NCBI GenBank assembly: GCA_965217865.1
Contig: CBDCJO010000002.1
Location: 3,328,001 to 3,392,000 of the forward strand
Reading direction: 5' to 3'
Source: Candidatus Latescibacterota bacterium
GTDB taxonomy: Bacteria; Latescibacterota; UBA2968; SICM01
DNA length: 64,000 bases
Position numbers and translations under genes: made by a program. Positions 41,837 to 51,556 of the stretch are shown in pieces. Each line of letters opens with the position of its first letter. Positions within the stretch are counted from its first letter, which is position 1. Below the pieces are notes generated by a model. The model searched no databases and had not been told where the DNA came from. It saw only the letters and a program-made list of their open reading frames with translations.

Positions 41837-41924
41837 TGGTGCCGAAGGCGGGACTCGAACCCACACGGGATTGCTCCCACTGCCCCCTCAAAGCAGCGTG
41901 TCTACCAGGTTCCACCACTTCGGC
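41837..41924 (-). tRNA. tRNA-Leu(GAG)
   Basis: GCCGAAG/CTTCGGC acceptor stem plus ACCA, anticodon loop TTGAGGG, long variable arm, GGTTCGAGTCC; follows secG. Confidence 0.95.
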
Positions 41925-41936
41925 AACGGGATGGGT

Positions 41937-42356
41937 CTATTCCGTTTTTTCGGTCTCTCCTCCTCCGGATGTCTCTGAACCGGATGCCGCTTCTCCCGAT
42001 GTGGCCCCGGCTTCTCGGGATACCTCACTCGCCGGAGGAAATTCAGGAGCGGTCAGGGGCATCAGTCTCCGTTTGGCGGCCTCTCTCTGCGCAGCGGTCT
42101 CGATTTGAGTCCCACTCCCGCCTCGAAAAATAAAGAGGGTGAGCACCATGCAGCTGATGAGGAATAAGATGGCCGTATAAGTTGTGATCTTGCCCAACAT
42201 GGTGGCTGCACCACGGCTCCCGAGAACGGTTCCGGTCGCTCCACCCGCGCCGCCAAGGGCGCCCGCAAGACTGCCTCCTTTTCCGGCCTGGAGAAGGATG
42301 GATAGGGCAAGGACAAAGCAGATGATGATATGGATCGTTACGAGAAGGGTTGTCAC
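41937..42356 (-). CDS. secG: Preprotein translocase subunit SecG
   Basis: ILLQAGKGGSLAGALGG, two TMs; tpiA-secG-tRNA-Leu synteny. Confidence 0.93.
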   Translation of the reverse strand: MTTLLVTIHIIICFVLALSILLQAGKGGSLAGALGGAGGATGTVLGSRGAATMLGKITTYTAILFLISCMVLTLFIFRGGSGTQIETAAQREAAKRRLMPLTAPEFPPASEVSREAGATSGEAASGSETSGGGETEKTE

Positions 42357-42397
42357 GGATACCTCGATTAGCGATATGTACGACCGAAAACGCGATG

Positions 42398-43159
42398 TCA
42401 GACGGCGACAGCGACTTTAATGATGGCCGCAAACGCGCCTGGATCCAGGGAGGCCCCTCCGATCAGCCCGCCGTCGATCTGGGGCTGGGAAAAGAGGTCT
42501 TGAGCGTTGTCTTCCTTGACGCTTCCCCCGTATAGGATTCGGATGTCCTCCCCGACGGTCTCGTCGTAGAGATCGGCAAGGAGCGACCGGATGAACGCGT
42601 GAATCTCCTGGGCCTGCTCCGGTTTTGCGGTCAAGCCCGTGCCGATCGCCCACACAGGTTCGTACGCGATGACGGTCTTTTCGGCCTCTTCGGCGGCGAC
42701 ACCTTCGAACGCACAACGCACCTGCCGGTCCACAATCCTGCGCGTGGCATTGCCTTTTCGCTCGTCGAGGGTTTCCCCGACACAAATGATCGGGATGAGG
42801 CCTGTGTTCAGGGCGGATACGGTCTTCCGATTGACCGCCTCGTCCGTTTCTCCGAAGAGCGCCCTCCGTTCGGAGTGACCTAATATAACGTAAAGACAAC
42901 CGGTAGTCAACAGCATACCAGGCGCTACTTCCCCGGTGAACGCCCCCGATTCCACCCAGTACATATCCTGTCCGCCCAGGGCTACAGTGGACCCCCGGAG
43001 GGCCTGGTGCATCGGCCAAAGGGAGGTAAACGGCGGGCAAAGAACGATCTCGACCCCGCTGACCCCTCCGATGCCCGATAGGAGATCGGGGATGAATTCG
43101 AGGGAGTCCTCGACGGTCTTGTTCATCTTCCAGTTTCCAGCCACGATCGGGGTACGCAC
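42398..43159 (-). CDS. tpiA: Triosephosphate isomerase
   Basis: AGNWKMN, GHSERR, AYEPVWAIGTG, GGASL; GTG start. Confidence 0.97.
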   Translation of the reverse strand: MRTPIVAGNWKMNKTVEDSLEFIPDLLSGIGGVSGVEIVLCPPFTSLWPMHQALRGSTVALGGQDMYWVESGAFTGEVAPGMLLTTGCLYVILGHSERRALFGETDEAVNRKTVSALNTGLIPIICVGETLDERKGNATRRIVDRQVRCAFEGVAAEEAEKTVIAYEPVWAIGTGLTAKPEQAQEIHAFIRSLLADLYDETVGEDIRILYGGSVKEDNAQDLFSQPQIDGGLIGGASLDPGAFAAIIKVAVAV

Positions 43160-43260
43160 GTAGAACCTCAAGGAAGGCAGTAGCAGAGGCAGTGGCAGGA
43201 AAACCAAAAAAGGGAACCAAGAAGTTGCACGTAGACAAATTAATCGATATTATTTTTTTT

Positions 43261-43303
43261 GCTACTGCTACTGCTACTGCTACTGCTACTGCTACTGCTA
43301 CTG
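43261..43303. repeat. Hexanucleotide tandem repeat (GCTACT)x7
   Basis: Perfect array between pgk and tpiA; complementary degenerate array at 43177-43198. Confidence 0.95.
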
Positions 43304-43305
43304 AT

Positions 43306-44490
43306 TTATGCGTCTGAGAGCGCCGCAACCCCGGGCAGGTTTTTCCCCTCGAGAAGCTCCAGGGATGCCCCGCCGCCGGTGGAGATATGCGTCATCCTGC
43401 CTTCGAGGCCGGCCCCTGCGATCGCCGCGGCGGAGTCCCCCCCTCCGACGATGCTGATCGTACCCCGGTCGGTTGCTTCGGCCAGGGCCCGGGCCAATTG
43501 GGTTGTCCCCCCCGCGAACGCATCTATTTCGAACACACCCATCGGACCGTTCCAGAGGACGGTCTTTGCGCGATGGATCTCATCGACGTAGGACTTCACC
43601 GTTTCCGGTCCGATGTCAAGGGCCTCCCAATCGGGCGGGATGTCCTCGGCAGCAACGACTCTCGTCCGTGCGTGTTGATCAAATCGATCTGCTACAATGT
43701 AATCCATTGGAAGGCGGACCCGGGCGCCCGATTCCTCGAGGATTTGTGCCGCGAGCGGAACCCGATCTGCTTCCAGCAAAGACTTCCCGATTTCAAACCC
43801 CCGTGCCTTCTGGAAGGTGTAGGACATCCCCCCCCCGATCAGGAGTCGATCGACCCTGGACATCAGGTTTCTGATAACTTCGATCTTGCCGGAAACCTTC
43901 TTCCCGCCGAGGATCGCCACAAAAGGCCTTTTTGGGTCTGCCACGGCGGCACCCAGGTGGCCGATCTCCTTAAGCATTAGATGCCCGGCCCCCCTGTGGC
44001 TGAAGTGGTGTGTCACGCCTTCGGTGGAGGCATGAGCGCGGTGGGCGGTCCCGAAGGCGTCGTTGACGTATAGGTCGCCGAGCCTGGCCAGGGCTTCGGC
44101 GAAGGCCGGATCGTTGCGTTCCTCCTCCGGATGAAAACGCAGGTTTTCAAGGAGCAGGACCTGGCCGTCGAGCATTCCATTCACCAGGTCCTCGACTTCC
44201 GGACCGATGCAGTCTGGGGCCATGGTCACGGTCCGGTCCAGAACCTCCCCCAACCGCTCCGCGACGGGGTTCAGGGAGAGCCCGGTTACAACCTTACCAT
44301 CGGGCCTCCCCAGATGAGACATCAGGACAGACCGGCCGCCTCTGTCGGAGATGGAACGGATAGAAGGGAGGGACTCGCGGATTCGGGTGTCGTCGGTGAT
44401 CTTTGCCGCTTCAAGGGGAACATTGAAATCCACCCGCGTTAAGACCCGCTGGCCGCGGACATCCAGGTCATCCACGCTCAATTTTCGCAT
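43306..44490 (-). CDS. pgk: Phosphoglycerate kinase
   Basis: RVDFNVP, SHLGRP, LLENLRF, DAFGTAHR, WNGPMGVFE, STGGGASLE. Confidence 0.97.
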   Translation of the reverse strand: MRKLSVDDLDVRGQRVLTRVDFNVPLEAAKITDDTRIRESLPSIRSISDRGGRSVLMSHLGRPDGKVVTGLSLNPVAERLGEVLDRTVTMAPDCIGPEVEDLVNGMLDGQVLLLENLRFHPEEERNDPAFAEALARLGDLYVNDAFGTAHRAHASTEGVTHHFSHRGAGHLMLKEIGHLGAAVADPKRPFVAILGGKKVSGKIEVIRNLMSRVDRLLIGGGMSYTFQKARGFEIGKSLLEADRVPLAAQILEESGARVRLPMDYIVADRFDQHARTRVVAAEDIPPDWEALDIGPETVKSYVDEIHRAKTVLWNGPMGVFEIDAFAGGTTQLARALAEATDRGTISIVGGGDSAAAIAGAGLEGRMTHISTGGGASLELLEGKNLPGVAALSDA

Positions 44491-44522
44491 GGTGTTTTTG
44501 GGAAGGGTGGGGGAAGTTCGTC

Positions 44523-45518
44523 CTACCCGCACATCTTCAGGAGCAGTTCGGCGCAACGGTTGGAGTAGCCCCACTCGTTGTCATACCAGCCGAGAACCTT
44601 CACCATGTTCCCACCCATCACGGAGGTGTAGAGCGAATCGAATACGCAGGAAGCGGGGTTTCCGATGATGTCCACGGACACGATCTCCTCCTCGCAGTAC
44701 TCGAGGTAACCTTTCAGCGACCCGCCTGCCGCTTCCCGGAAGGCCGCGTTTACTTCCTGTGCGGAGACCGAGCGTTTAAGCGTTGCGACAAAGTCTGTTA
44801 GAGATCCGTCCGGGGTGGGTACCCGGACGGAGATTCCGTCCAGCTTACCGTTGAGTTCGGGGATCACCTTTCCGACTGCGGTGGCCGCGCCCGTCGAGGT
44901 TGGGATCATCGATAAGCCCGCCGCCCGGGCACGCCGGAGGTCGCGATGGGGCTGGTCGTGGGTCTGCTGGTCGTTGGTGTAGGAGTGAATGGTGGTCATC
45001 ACGCCGTGTTCAACCCCAAACGCCTTGTGGAGGGTTTGGACCATGGGCGCAAGGCAGTTGGTGGTGCAGGAGGCGTTTGAAACGACTTTATCGGTCGGCT
45101 TGAGCGCCTCATCGTTCACGCCCAGGACCACGGTGGGGATGTCGCCCTTGGCCGGGGCGGAGATCAGCACTTTCTTCGCACCCGCAACCAGATGAAGCGA
45201 GGCCTTCTCTTTATCGGTGAAAAGGCCCGTGGATTCCACGACGCCATCCACATCGAGGTTCGCCCAAGGAAGCTTGGACGGGTCTCTCTCCGAAAGGACC
45301 CGGATCTCCCGGTCGTCTACGATGATAGTCCCGTCACCGGCCTTCACATCACCGGGATATCGTCCGTGGATCGAATCGTATTTCAACAGGTGGGAGAGGG
45401 TTTTTGCGTCGGCCAGGTCGTTGACGGCCAGAGTTTCGATTTCGCCGTGCTGTGTTGCGGCCCGGAAGACGAGGCGACCGATCCGACCGAAACCGTTGAT
45501 GCCGATCCGAATAGCCAT
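44523..45518 (-). CDS. gap: Type I glyceraldehyde-3-phosphate dehydrogenase
   Basis: GINGFGRIGR, ASCTTNCL, WYDNEWGYS. Confidence 0.97.
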   Translation of the reverse strand: MAIRIGINGFGRIGRLVFRAATQHGEIETLAVNDLADAKTLSHLLKYDSIHGRYPGDVKAGDGTIIVDDREIRVLSERDPSKLPWANLDVDGVVESTGLFTDKEKASLHLVAGAKKVLISAPAKGDIPTVVLGVNDEALKPTDKVVSNASCTTNCLAPMVQTLHKAFGVEHGVMTTIHSYTNDQQTHDQPHRDLRRARAAGLSMIPTSTGAATAVGKVIPELNGKLDGISVRVPTPDGSLTDFVATLKRSVSAQEVNAAFREAAGGSLKGYLEYCEEEIVSVDIIGNPASCVFDSLYTSVMGGNMVKVLGWYDNEWGYSNRCAELLLKMCG

Positions 45519-45528
45519 ATCTTCTCCC

Positions 45529-46572
45529 TTATCCGAAAAACACCTTTGCAATCTCGTAGAGTTCCTTGTCCACGGTTCGAGGTTCTGCAACCGCGTCTTT
45601 GAGACGGATTGCGTCGATCCTGAGTCCCCGCAAACAGACCATCTTTCCGAAATCTTCCTTATGGACCAGGTCGATGGCTGCGATTCCGAAACGGGTGCCC
45701 AGGACGCGGTCGAAGGCGGTGGGACTTCCACCTCGCTGGATGTGGCCCAGAACCGTGGTACGGGTCTCGAACCCGGTTCGCTTCTCGATCTCGCGCGACA
45801 GGAATGTCCCGATACCGCCGAGGCGGGCGTGTCCGAAGGCGTCCTGATCGTCGCCCTGTGTCACGAGGGATCCACCCTTCGGGGTTGATCCTTCGGCCGC
45901 AACGATGATGCTGAAGGTCTTTCCGCGTTTGTGGCGTTTTTCGACGAGGGCGCAGATTTCCTCGATGTCGAAAGGTTCCTCCGGGATCAGGATGATGTCC
46001 GCGCCTCCGGAAATTCCGGCCTCAACGGCGATCCAACCTGCGTCACGCCCCATTACTTCCACAACCATCACCCGGTTGTGCGCTTCGGCGGTGCTGTGGA
46101 GCCGATCGAGGGCCTCCATCACGATATTGATGGCCGTGTCGAAGCCGAAGGTGTAGTCGGTACCCGCCACGTCATTGTCGATGGTCTTGGGTATCCCGAC
46201 GATGTTGATACCGTGATTTTCATACAACCTGTCCGCCACCCCTATCGTGTCGTCACCCCCCACGGCGATCAGGGCATCCAGCTTCAACTGCTTCATGTTC
46301 TCGAGAATGGCCTCCTCGCCATCAGGCTCCTTGAATGGATTTGTGCGGGATGTGCTCAGGATGGTGCCCCCCTTGGGGAGGATTCCGGATATGACGCCGA
46401 GATCCAACGGTTGGGAGATGCCTTCAAGCATTCCCCGCCAGCCTTCCAGAATGCCGATGATCTGATATCCATAGACATCGATACCCTTTCGTACGACTGC
46501 CCGGATCACCGCATTCAACCCGGGACAGTCCCCCCCGCCCGTCAGGATACCCACGCGCTGAATTCCCATCAT
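45529..46572 (-). CDS. pfkA: 6-phosphofructokinase (PfkA family, PPi-type signature)
   Basis: TGGGDCPGLN, GGDD, PKTIDND, EVMGR, LGHIQRGG. Confidence 0.92.
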   Translation of the reverse strand: MMGIQRVGILTGGGDCPGLNAVIRAVVRKGIDVYGYQIIGILEGWRGMLEGISQPLDLGVISGILPKGGTILSTSRTNPFKEPDGEEAILENMKQLKLDALIAVGGDDTIGVADRLYENHGINIVGIPKTIDNDVAGTDYTFGFDTAINIVMEALDRLHSTAEAHNRVMVVEVMGRDAGWIAVEAGISGGADIILIPEEPFDIEEICALVEKRHKRGKTFSIIVAAEGSTPKGGSLVTQGDDQDAFGHARLGGIGTFLSREIEKRTGFETRTTVLGHIQRGGSPTAFDRVLGTRFGIAAIDLVHKEDFGKMVCLRGLRIDAIRLKDAVAEPRTVDKELYEIAKVFFG

Positions 46573-47067
46573 TTCTCCCGCAAAAAGAAAAACAAAAAGC
46601 CATCAAATCGGTCAAAGATACGGTTTTCGAAGGATAAAATCAAGTGATTTGCCCGAACCGATCTTTCCTTAACAGATCCTCATCCTTAAGATTAACAAGG
46701 AGATGAAAACAAATCACCTCATGTGTCGTGTGTCACATCGCCCTGAGGTCCGATTTGTTATCGTAAGTCATGTAGGACAGAGAGACTTGTGTCAACTACC
46801 CCAATCCCCCGGATGAGGGTTCAGCAATGGGGTTCGGTTGATTTCACACGGCCTCCAATCAGGTTGATGGTTTAACCGGTAATGATAAGGACTCAAGATG
46901 AATATCAACAGGATTTTCTCTTTTCGGATCGGCCCATGACAGGATGGGGTTGATAAAGGTTGATGTTAACAGTTGCTATGATCTGATGTGATTTTTGAGC
47001 GAAGACCCGAAGAGATAAATTTTATAACAAGTTGTTAAATATTATGATAAGTCGATTCGGACTCTTG

Positions 47068-47083
47068 TGGCACGATGGTTGCA
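47068..47083 (+). promoter_or_regulatory. Sigma54 (-24/-12) promoter
   Basis: TGGCAC-GATGG-TTGCA matches the consensus; 64 bp before ATG 47148; AT-rich tract upstream. Confidence 0.75.
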
Positions 47084-47147
47084 TAACCAAAATTAGGGTT
47101 AAAAAATAAGGTCCAGGCGTGAACTATGACGGAAAGGTAACTTTCGA

Positions 47148-47738
47148 ATGAAACTCGAAGATCGAAAGCGTATTCTGATACTGGACAATGAACCTGTGAT
47201 TCTGGACCGGGTTGAACGGGCTCTTCGGTCGAGCAACTTCGAAGCTCGGGGGACTTCCCGCTGGACCGAGGCCCTGGATATGGTCACGCACAATCCCCCG
47301 GACCTGGTCCTCATGGATCTCAGGATGCCCACGGTCCAGGGAGAGACTCTCCTGGGGCATATTCGGGAACATGACCATTGCCTGCCGATTGTGGTTATGT
47401 CCGAAACGTGCGAACCGGAGACGAGGGAAGACCTCCAAAGGCTCAAGATTCAGGATTTTGTGCTGAAACCTCTTCAGCTCGATCAGCTGGTTGGAACTGT
47501 CCAGGGTGTGCTGGACCGGATTTCACCCAGAACCGCATCTCCCCTCCCGGAGGGGGTTTCGGATTCGCCATTCGATATCCCGGAGCAGGACATTGGGAAT
47601 TCCCATTCGGTTTCCCAGCCCCCTTCACGTCCAAAGAACCGCCGCAACCGTTTTCGCCTCAGACTTTGGAAGTCCAGGGCTTTTCGTTTATATTTCATCA
47701 TATCCATGGTCGGCCTCATCAGCGTCCTCAACGGATAA
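47148..47738 (+). CDS. Response regulator receiver with C-terminal hydrophobic tail
   Basis: ILILDNE, LMDLRMP, KP; Pro-rich linker then a TM-like end. Confidence 0.8.
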   Translation: MKLEDRKRILILDNEPVILDRVERALRSSNFEARGTSRWTEALDMVTHNPPDLVLMDLRMPTVQGETLLGHIREHDHCLPIVVMSETCEPETREDLQRLKIQDFVLKPLQLDQLVGTVQGVLDRISPRTASPLPEGVSDSPFDIPEQDIGNSHSVSQPPSRPKNRRNRFRLRLWKSRAFRLYFIISMVGLISVLNG

Positions 47739-47804
47739 CCCTTCCCAATTCAGCGATGAAAGACCGGCCGCTTGATTAATTTATGGTGGTTACAGGGTAT
47801 TTCT

Positions 47805-48482
47805 ATGTCTGCGATGGGTGAAGCCCAGAGGCAAAATTTGGACGTATCCCGGGTGGGTCGCCGTGGGGCTTTCCTTGGAACAATCGCATCACAGATCCGG
47901 TCTCGGACGGCCGAGATCCTGCGCGGAAAGTCCGGTACTGTACTGGATGTGGGGTGCGGCAACGGGTTGTTATTCTCCGAACTCGGGGCACACACGAACC
48001 TTCGAATGGTGGGTCTGGACGAAGATTTGCCCCTCCTTCGGGAAGGCCTGGGTGTGGTGGAGGACAACGGCATGTCGGATGCGAATCTGGTGAAAGGAGA
48101 TGCCTTTCGCCTTCCGATAAAAGACAAAGCCGCGGACTTTGTCGTTGTGTTGAACACGCTTATGAACCTTCTGTCAAACGACCAGGCTGAACAGCTTCTC
48201 AAGGTGTTGATGGCAGTTTGTAAAGATGATGGCCGATTAATCTTCGACGTGCGAAACGGATCGAACCCGCTGCTCCGCCTCCGTTACGCGATCCACAACC
48301 TGCGGGGGGATTTCAAGATTCGGTCCTACCGCCTTCGATGGATTCGGAGAGTCTGCGAAAGCAACGGTTTTGACCTGGCTCGGGCAGAGCCCCTCGGCAC
48401 CTGGATCCCCAGGGCCTACCTTATCGAAGCACGAAATCAGGGATCGGGGTCCGGTGATCGGAGGGTGGGGGGGCCACTCTGA
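47805..48482 (+). CDS. Class I SAM-dependent methyltransferase
   Basis: VLDVGCGNG, GDAFRLP; start uncertain. Confidence 0.8.
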   Translation: MSAMGEAQRQNLDVSRVGRRGAFLGTIASQIRSRTAEILRGKSGTVLDVGCGNGLLFSELGAHTNLRMVGLDEDLPLLREGLGVVEDNGMSDANLVKGDAFRLPIKDKAADFVVVLNTLMNLLSNDQAEQLLKVLMAVCKDDGRLIFDVRNGSNPLLRLRYAIHNLRGDFKIRSYRLRWIRRVCESNGFDLARAEPLGTWIPRAYLIEARNQGSGSGDRRVGGPL

Positions 48483-48532
48483 TCCTCCAATCCTGAATCC
48501 AGGCCCCCATCACTTGATTCCGAATTTCGACG

Positions 48533-49723
48533 ATGCCACTCCGGATCCCATCCACAGGCACACCGTTTTCCACCTTCGATTTGTTGCGTGCGTTTCTCCC
48601 GCTGGGTGAGGTGCCGCAGTTCGAAGAACAATTCGGCCGCTGGATCGGTTCGCCGTGGTGCCGGTTCGTCAATTCGGGCACGACGGCTCTGTTCTTGATT
48701 TTGAAGGGATTGAAAGTTATCCGGCCGGACCGGGATGAGGTCCTGATGCCGGCCTATACGGCCCCATCCCTGACCCTTCCGATCAAGCGGGCGGGGTTGA
48801 AGGTGGTCCTGAGCGATGTGGACCCCGAGACGTTTAACGCGGACCTGAACGACGTGCGGAGGCGCTTCACGGACAGGACCCTCGCCCTTCTCCTGGTCCC
48901 GATGTTCGGGCTTCCGTGTGATGTGCGCGCCGCCGGAAGAATGGCCGACGACCACGGCGCCTTCTTGATCGAGGATGCAGCATCCGCGATGGGGTCCAAA
49001 TACGAGGGATCCGTGGTGGGAACGGCAGGGGACGTTGGGTTCATCAGTTTCAACCGGGGAAAGAACCTCTCGACCGTGACGGGGGGTGCCATCCTGTCCG
49101 GAAGGGAGGAGATTCAGCGGGCAGTGACAACCGAGTTGGAATCTCTTCCCGGTCTCACGGTCTCGGCCGAGATTCAACTTCGGGCAAAGGCCGTCGGCCT
49201 GGGGATTGCGGTGCGCTCCCTCTGGTATACTTTGCTTTATCCGGTTGTCTCCGGCTTCAAGTATACGTCGCTTCATACGACTTTCGAGGCCTTTCGATAC
49301 ACGGACTTTCAAGCCCGTCTTGGGACCTCCCTGTTGCGTTCCGCTGATCGATTCTTGACCCATCGGCATAAAATCGGCATATTATTGTTGAATTCATTCT
49401 CCGGCACCAAGGGGATCGGGCTACCCAGGATCCTCCCGGGGGGGGAGGCGGTGTTCAACCAGTTTCCGATTCTACTCCCTGACCGGGATTTGCGTGAGGC
49501 GGCGCTTCGGGCGGCCCTCCGGGTCGGCGTGGAGGCAACGACTTTGTATCCGGAGCCGATCCACCGACTCTACGATGACCTGGGTTACTCGACGGATCCG
49601 GATCCCTTTCCGCAGGCGACTGCGATATCCCGAAGAATTCTTCTCCTCCCGACACATCCGCTCGTTGGAGAGAAACGAATCCTGGAGGCGGCGACAGCCG
49701 TGAAACAGACCCCTGAAGGATGA
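48533..49723 (+). CDS. DegT/DnrJ/EryC1/StrS PLP-dependent aminotransferase
   Basis: NSGTTAL, IEDAASAMG, SFNRGKNL, LLLPTHP. Confidence 0.88.
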   Translation: MPLRIPSTGTPFSTFDLLRAFLPLGEVPQFEEQFGRWIGSPWCRFVNSGTTALFLILKGLKVIRPDRDEVLMPAYTAPSLTLPIKRAGLKVVLSDVDPETFNADLNDVRRRFTDRTLALLLVPMFGLPCDVRAAGRMADDHGAFLIEDAASAMGSKYEGSVVGTAGDVGFISFNRGKNLSTVTGGAILSGREEIQRAVTTELESLPGLTVSAEIQLRAKAVGLGIAVRSLWYTLLYPVVSGFKYTSLHTTFEAFRYTDFQARLGTSLLRSADRFLTHRHKIGILLLNSFSGTKGIGLPRILPGGEAVFNQFPILLPDRDLREAALRAALRVGVEATTLYPEPIHRLYDDLGYSTDPDPFPQATAISRRILLLPTHPLVGEKRILEAATAVKQTPEG

Positions 49724-49729
49724 GTCCCT

Positions 49730-50896
49730 ATGATCGCACGAAAAAACATCGCCAGAATGACGAAGAAGGCCCTAGCGAACCCGGGATATGCCTGGCAGGC
49801 ATTTCACAAGCGCCTCCGGTCTGCTATTACCTACCATCTGTATGACGGCCGAAGTGCCTGGCCGGAGACGATCTCTCTTTTCCTGACCTACAAGTGCAAT
49901 TTGAGATGCTATATGTGCGGCCAATGGGGGGATGCGGGGGCGTTCAAGGAATTCGACAATCAGGTCCTTCGGGAGCGCCTGTCCAAGGAAGAGATCTGCG
50001 CCTTCATCGATGATATCGCCTTCTTCCGTCCGAACATCACCCTGTTCGGAGGGGAGCCGATGCTCTACAAAGGGTGGACGGAGGTGGTCGCCCATATCAA
50101 ACAGCAGAAGATGAGATGCAACATGGTCACGAACGGTACCCTGCTGGAAGTCTACGCCGAGGCCATCGTGAAGATCGGTATGGATGAAATTATCCTCTCC
50201 ATAGACGGGCCGGAGGAGGTCCACGATCACACGCGCGGCGCAGGGGGGACATTCGCGAGCATCGAAAGGGGGATGCGGGCAATTGCCGAGGAGAAGGCAA
50301 AACGCAGATCACGGTATCCGATCCTCAACATCAACTGCACGATCACGAATGACAACCACCACAACCTCGAAGAGATCCTAGACGTTGCGGAGGATTTGGG
50401 TGTGAACGGTCTCAATTTCCATCATCTCCTGTTTATCGACCAGAACATCTACGACCAGCACGACGCGATCTTCAACGCCAGCTTCAAGCAGTCCACCACC
50501 GATTGGAAAGGTTTCGTCTGTGACCAGCTTCCCACGATCGACTCAGATGTCCTGATCGGGCAGATCCATAAGGTGACGGATCGGGATTCTCCGGTATCGG
50601 TCACGGTCTATCCGAATCTTCCGTCCGATGAAGTTCGAGATTGGTATTCGGGCTTCGAGTTCACGTCGAAGAGCTACAAAAATCGCTACATGAGCCTCTG
50701 GATGGCCGCCTGGGTGTTCCCGGACGGCCAGGTACGACCCTATCACACCATGAACTACTCTCCCGGAAATATCCGCGAACAGAGTTTTCGGGAGATCTGG
50801 AATAACGACCCCTACCTGTCCTATCGGAGCGAGGTCAAAAGGCGCAAGCGGTTTCCGGTCTGTTCGAAGGGGTGTACCGAGCTCTATCGATATTAG
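49730..50896 (+). CDS. Radical SAM protein with atypical SPASM domain
   Basis: CNLRCYMC, GGEP, TNG, SIDG; GNIREQSFREIW; C-terminal CSKGC. Confidence 0.88.
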   Translation: MIARKNIARMTKKALANPGYAWQAFHKRLRSAITYHLYDGRSAWPETISLFLTYKCNLRCYMCGQWGDAGAFKEFDNQVLRERLSKEEICAFIDDIAFFRPNITLFGGEPMLYKGWTEVVAHIKQQKMRCNMVTNGTLLEVYAEAIVKIGMDEIILSIDGPEEVHDHTRGAGGTFASIERGMRAIAEEKAKRRSRYPILNINCTITNDNHHNLEEILDVAEDLGVNGLNFHHLLFIDQNIYDQHDAIFNASFKQSTTDWKGFVCDQLPTIDSDVLIGQIHKVTDRDSPVSVTVYPNLPSDEVRDWYSGFEFTSKSYKNRYMSLWMAAWVFPDGQVRPYHTMNYSPGNIREQSFREIWNNDPYLSYRSEVKRRKRFPVCSKGCTELYRY

Positions 50897-51068
50897 CTCC
50901 CCCGCCCCATCGGAGGTAGAGAGGAGAGAGCGGGCTTCATCAGATGTATGAAGAGGCAGACAATGTAGGGGGCGCTCCGCGGTTGCCTTGTGAATCCCTC
51001 CCAAGAAGCACAGGCAACCTGAACAGGAGCGTCCCTCACATTCAGAGTGGAAGGGATGGGGGAAAATC

Positions 51069-51428
51069 ATGTCCACGATCCTGATCGTTGATGACCACGA
51101 CGATGTCCGGGAACTTCTCAGGGATTTCTTCCACTCGAACGGCCATCAGGTCGTCACCGCCGCAGACGCTGACGAGTGTTTGGAAAAGGTGCGGGACGAA
51201 AAGCCTGTCCTGATCCTGATGGATATCATGATGCCTCGCGTCCACGGGGTCGAAGCCATGCGCAGGGTGAAGGAAATCGATCCGGACATTATGGTCATTA
51301 TGATCACCGCTGTGGACGATAAGGAGATCTCTGAGGAGGCCATGGCCAGCGGCGCGACAGATTACATCACCAAGCCGATCGACCTGCAGTACCTCGACAC
51401 GATCGTCACCTTTGCCCTGTTCTCATAA
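51069..51428 (+). CDS. Single-domain response regulator (CheY-like)
   Basis: ILIVDD, MDIMMP, DYITKP. Confidence 0.92.
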   Translation: MSTILIVDDHDDVRELLRDFFHSNGHQVVTAADADECLEKVRDEKPVLILMDIMMPRVHGVEAMRRVKEIDPDIMVIMITAVDDKEISEEAMASGATDYITKPIDLQYLDTIVTFALFS

Positions 51429-51556
51429 AAGCAAAACGATATCAGTCTCGTATAAATCAACAGCGATATAATTAGCGTAAAAAAGCTATAGGTCCCCCCG
51501 CGCTTCTCCTTCGCACGCTTTTAGCCTTTCCCCAAGCCATATCGTCAGGGAGGGAT

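Noticed and set aside
42417-43591. ORFs with poly-VA and poly-L tracts
   Set aside because: Translations of the intergenic hexamer repeat overlapping tpiA and pgk
51510-51525. Second sigma54 promoter (TCGCACGCTTTTAGC)
   Set aside because: Lacks the invariant GG at -24
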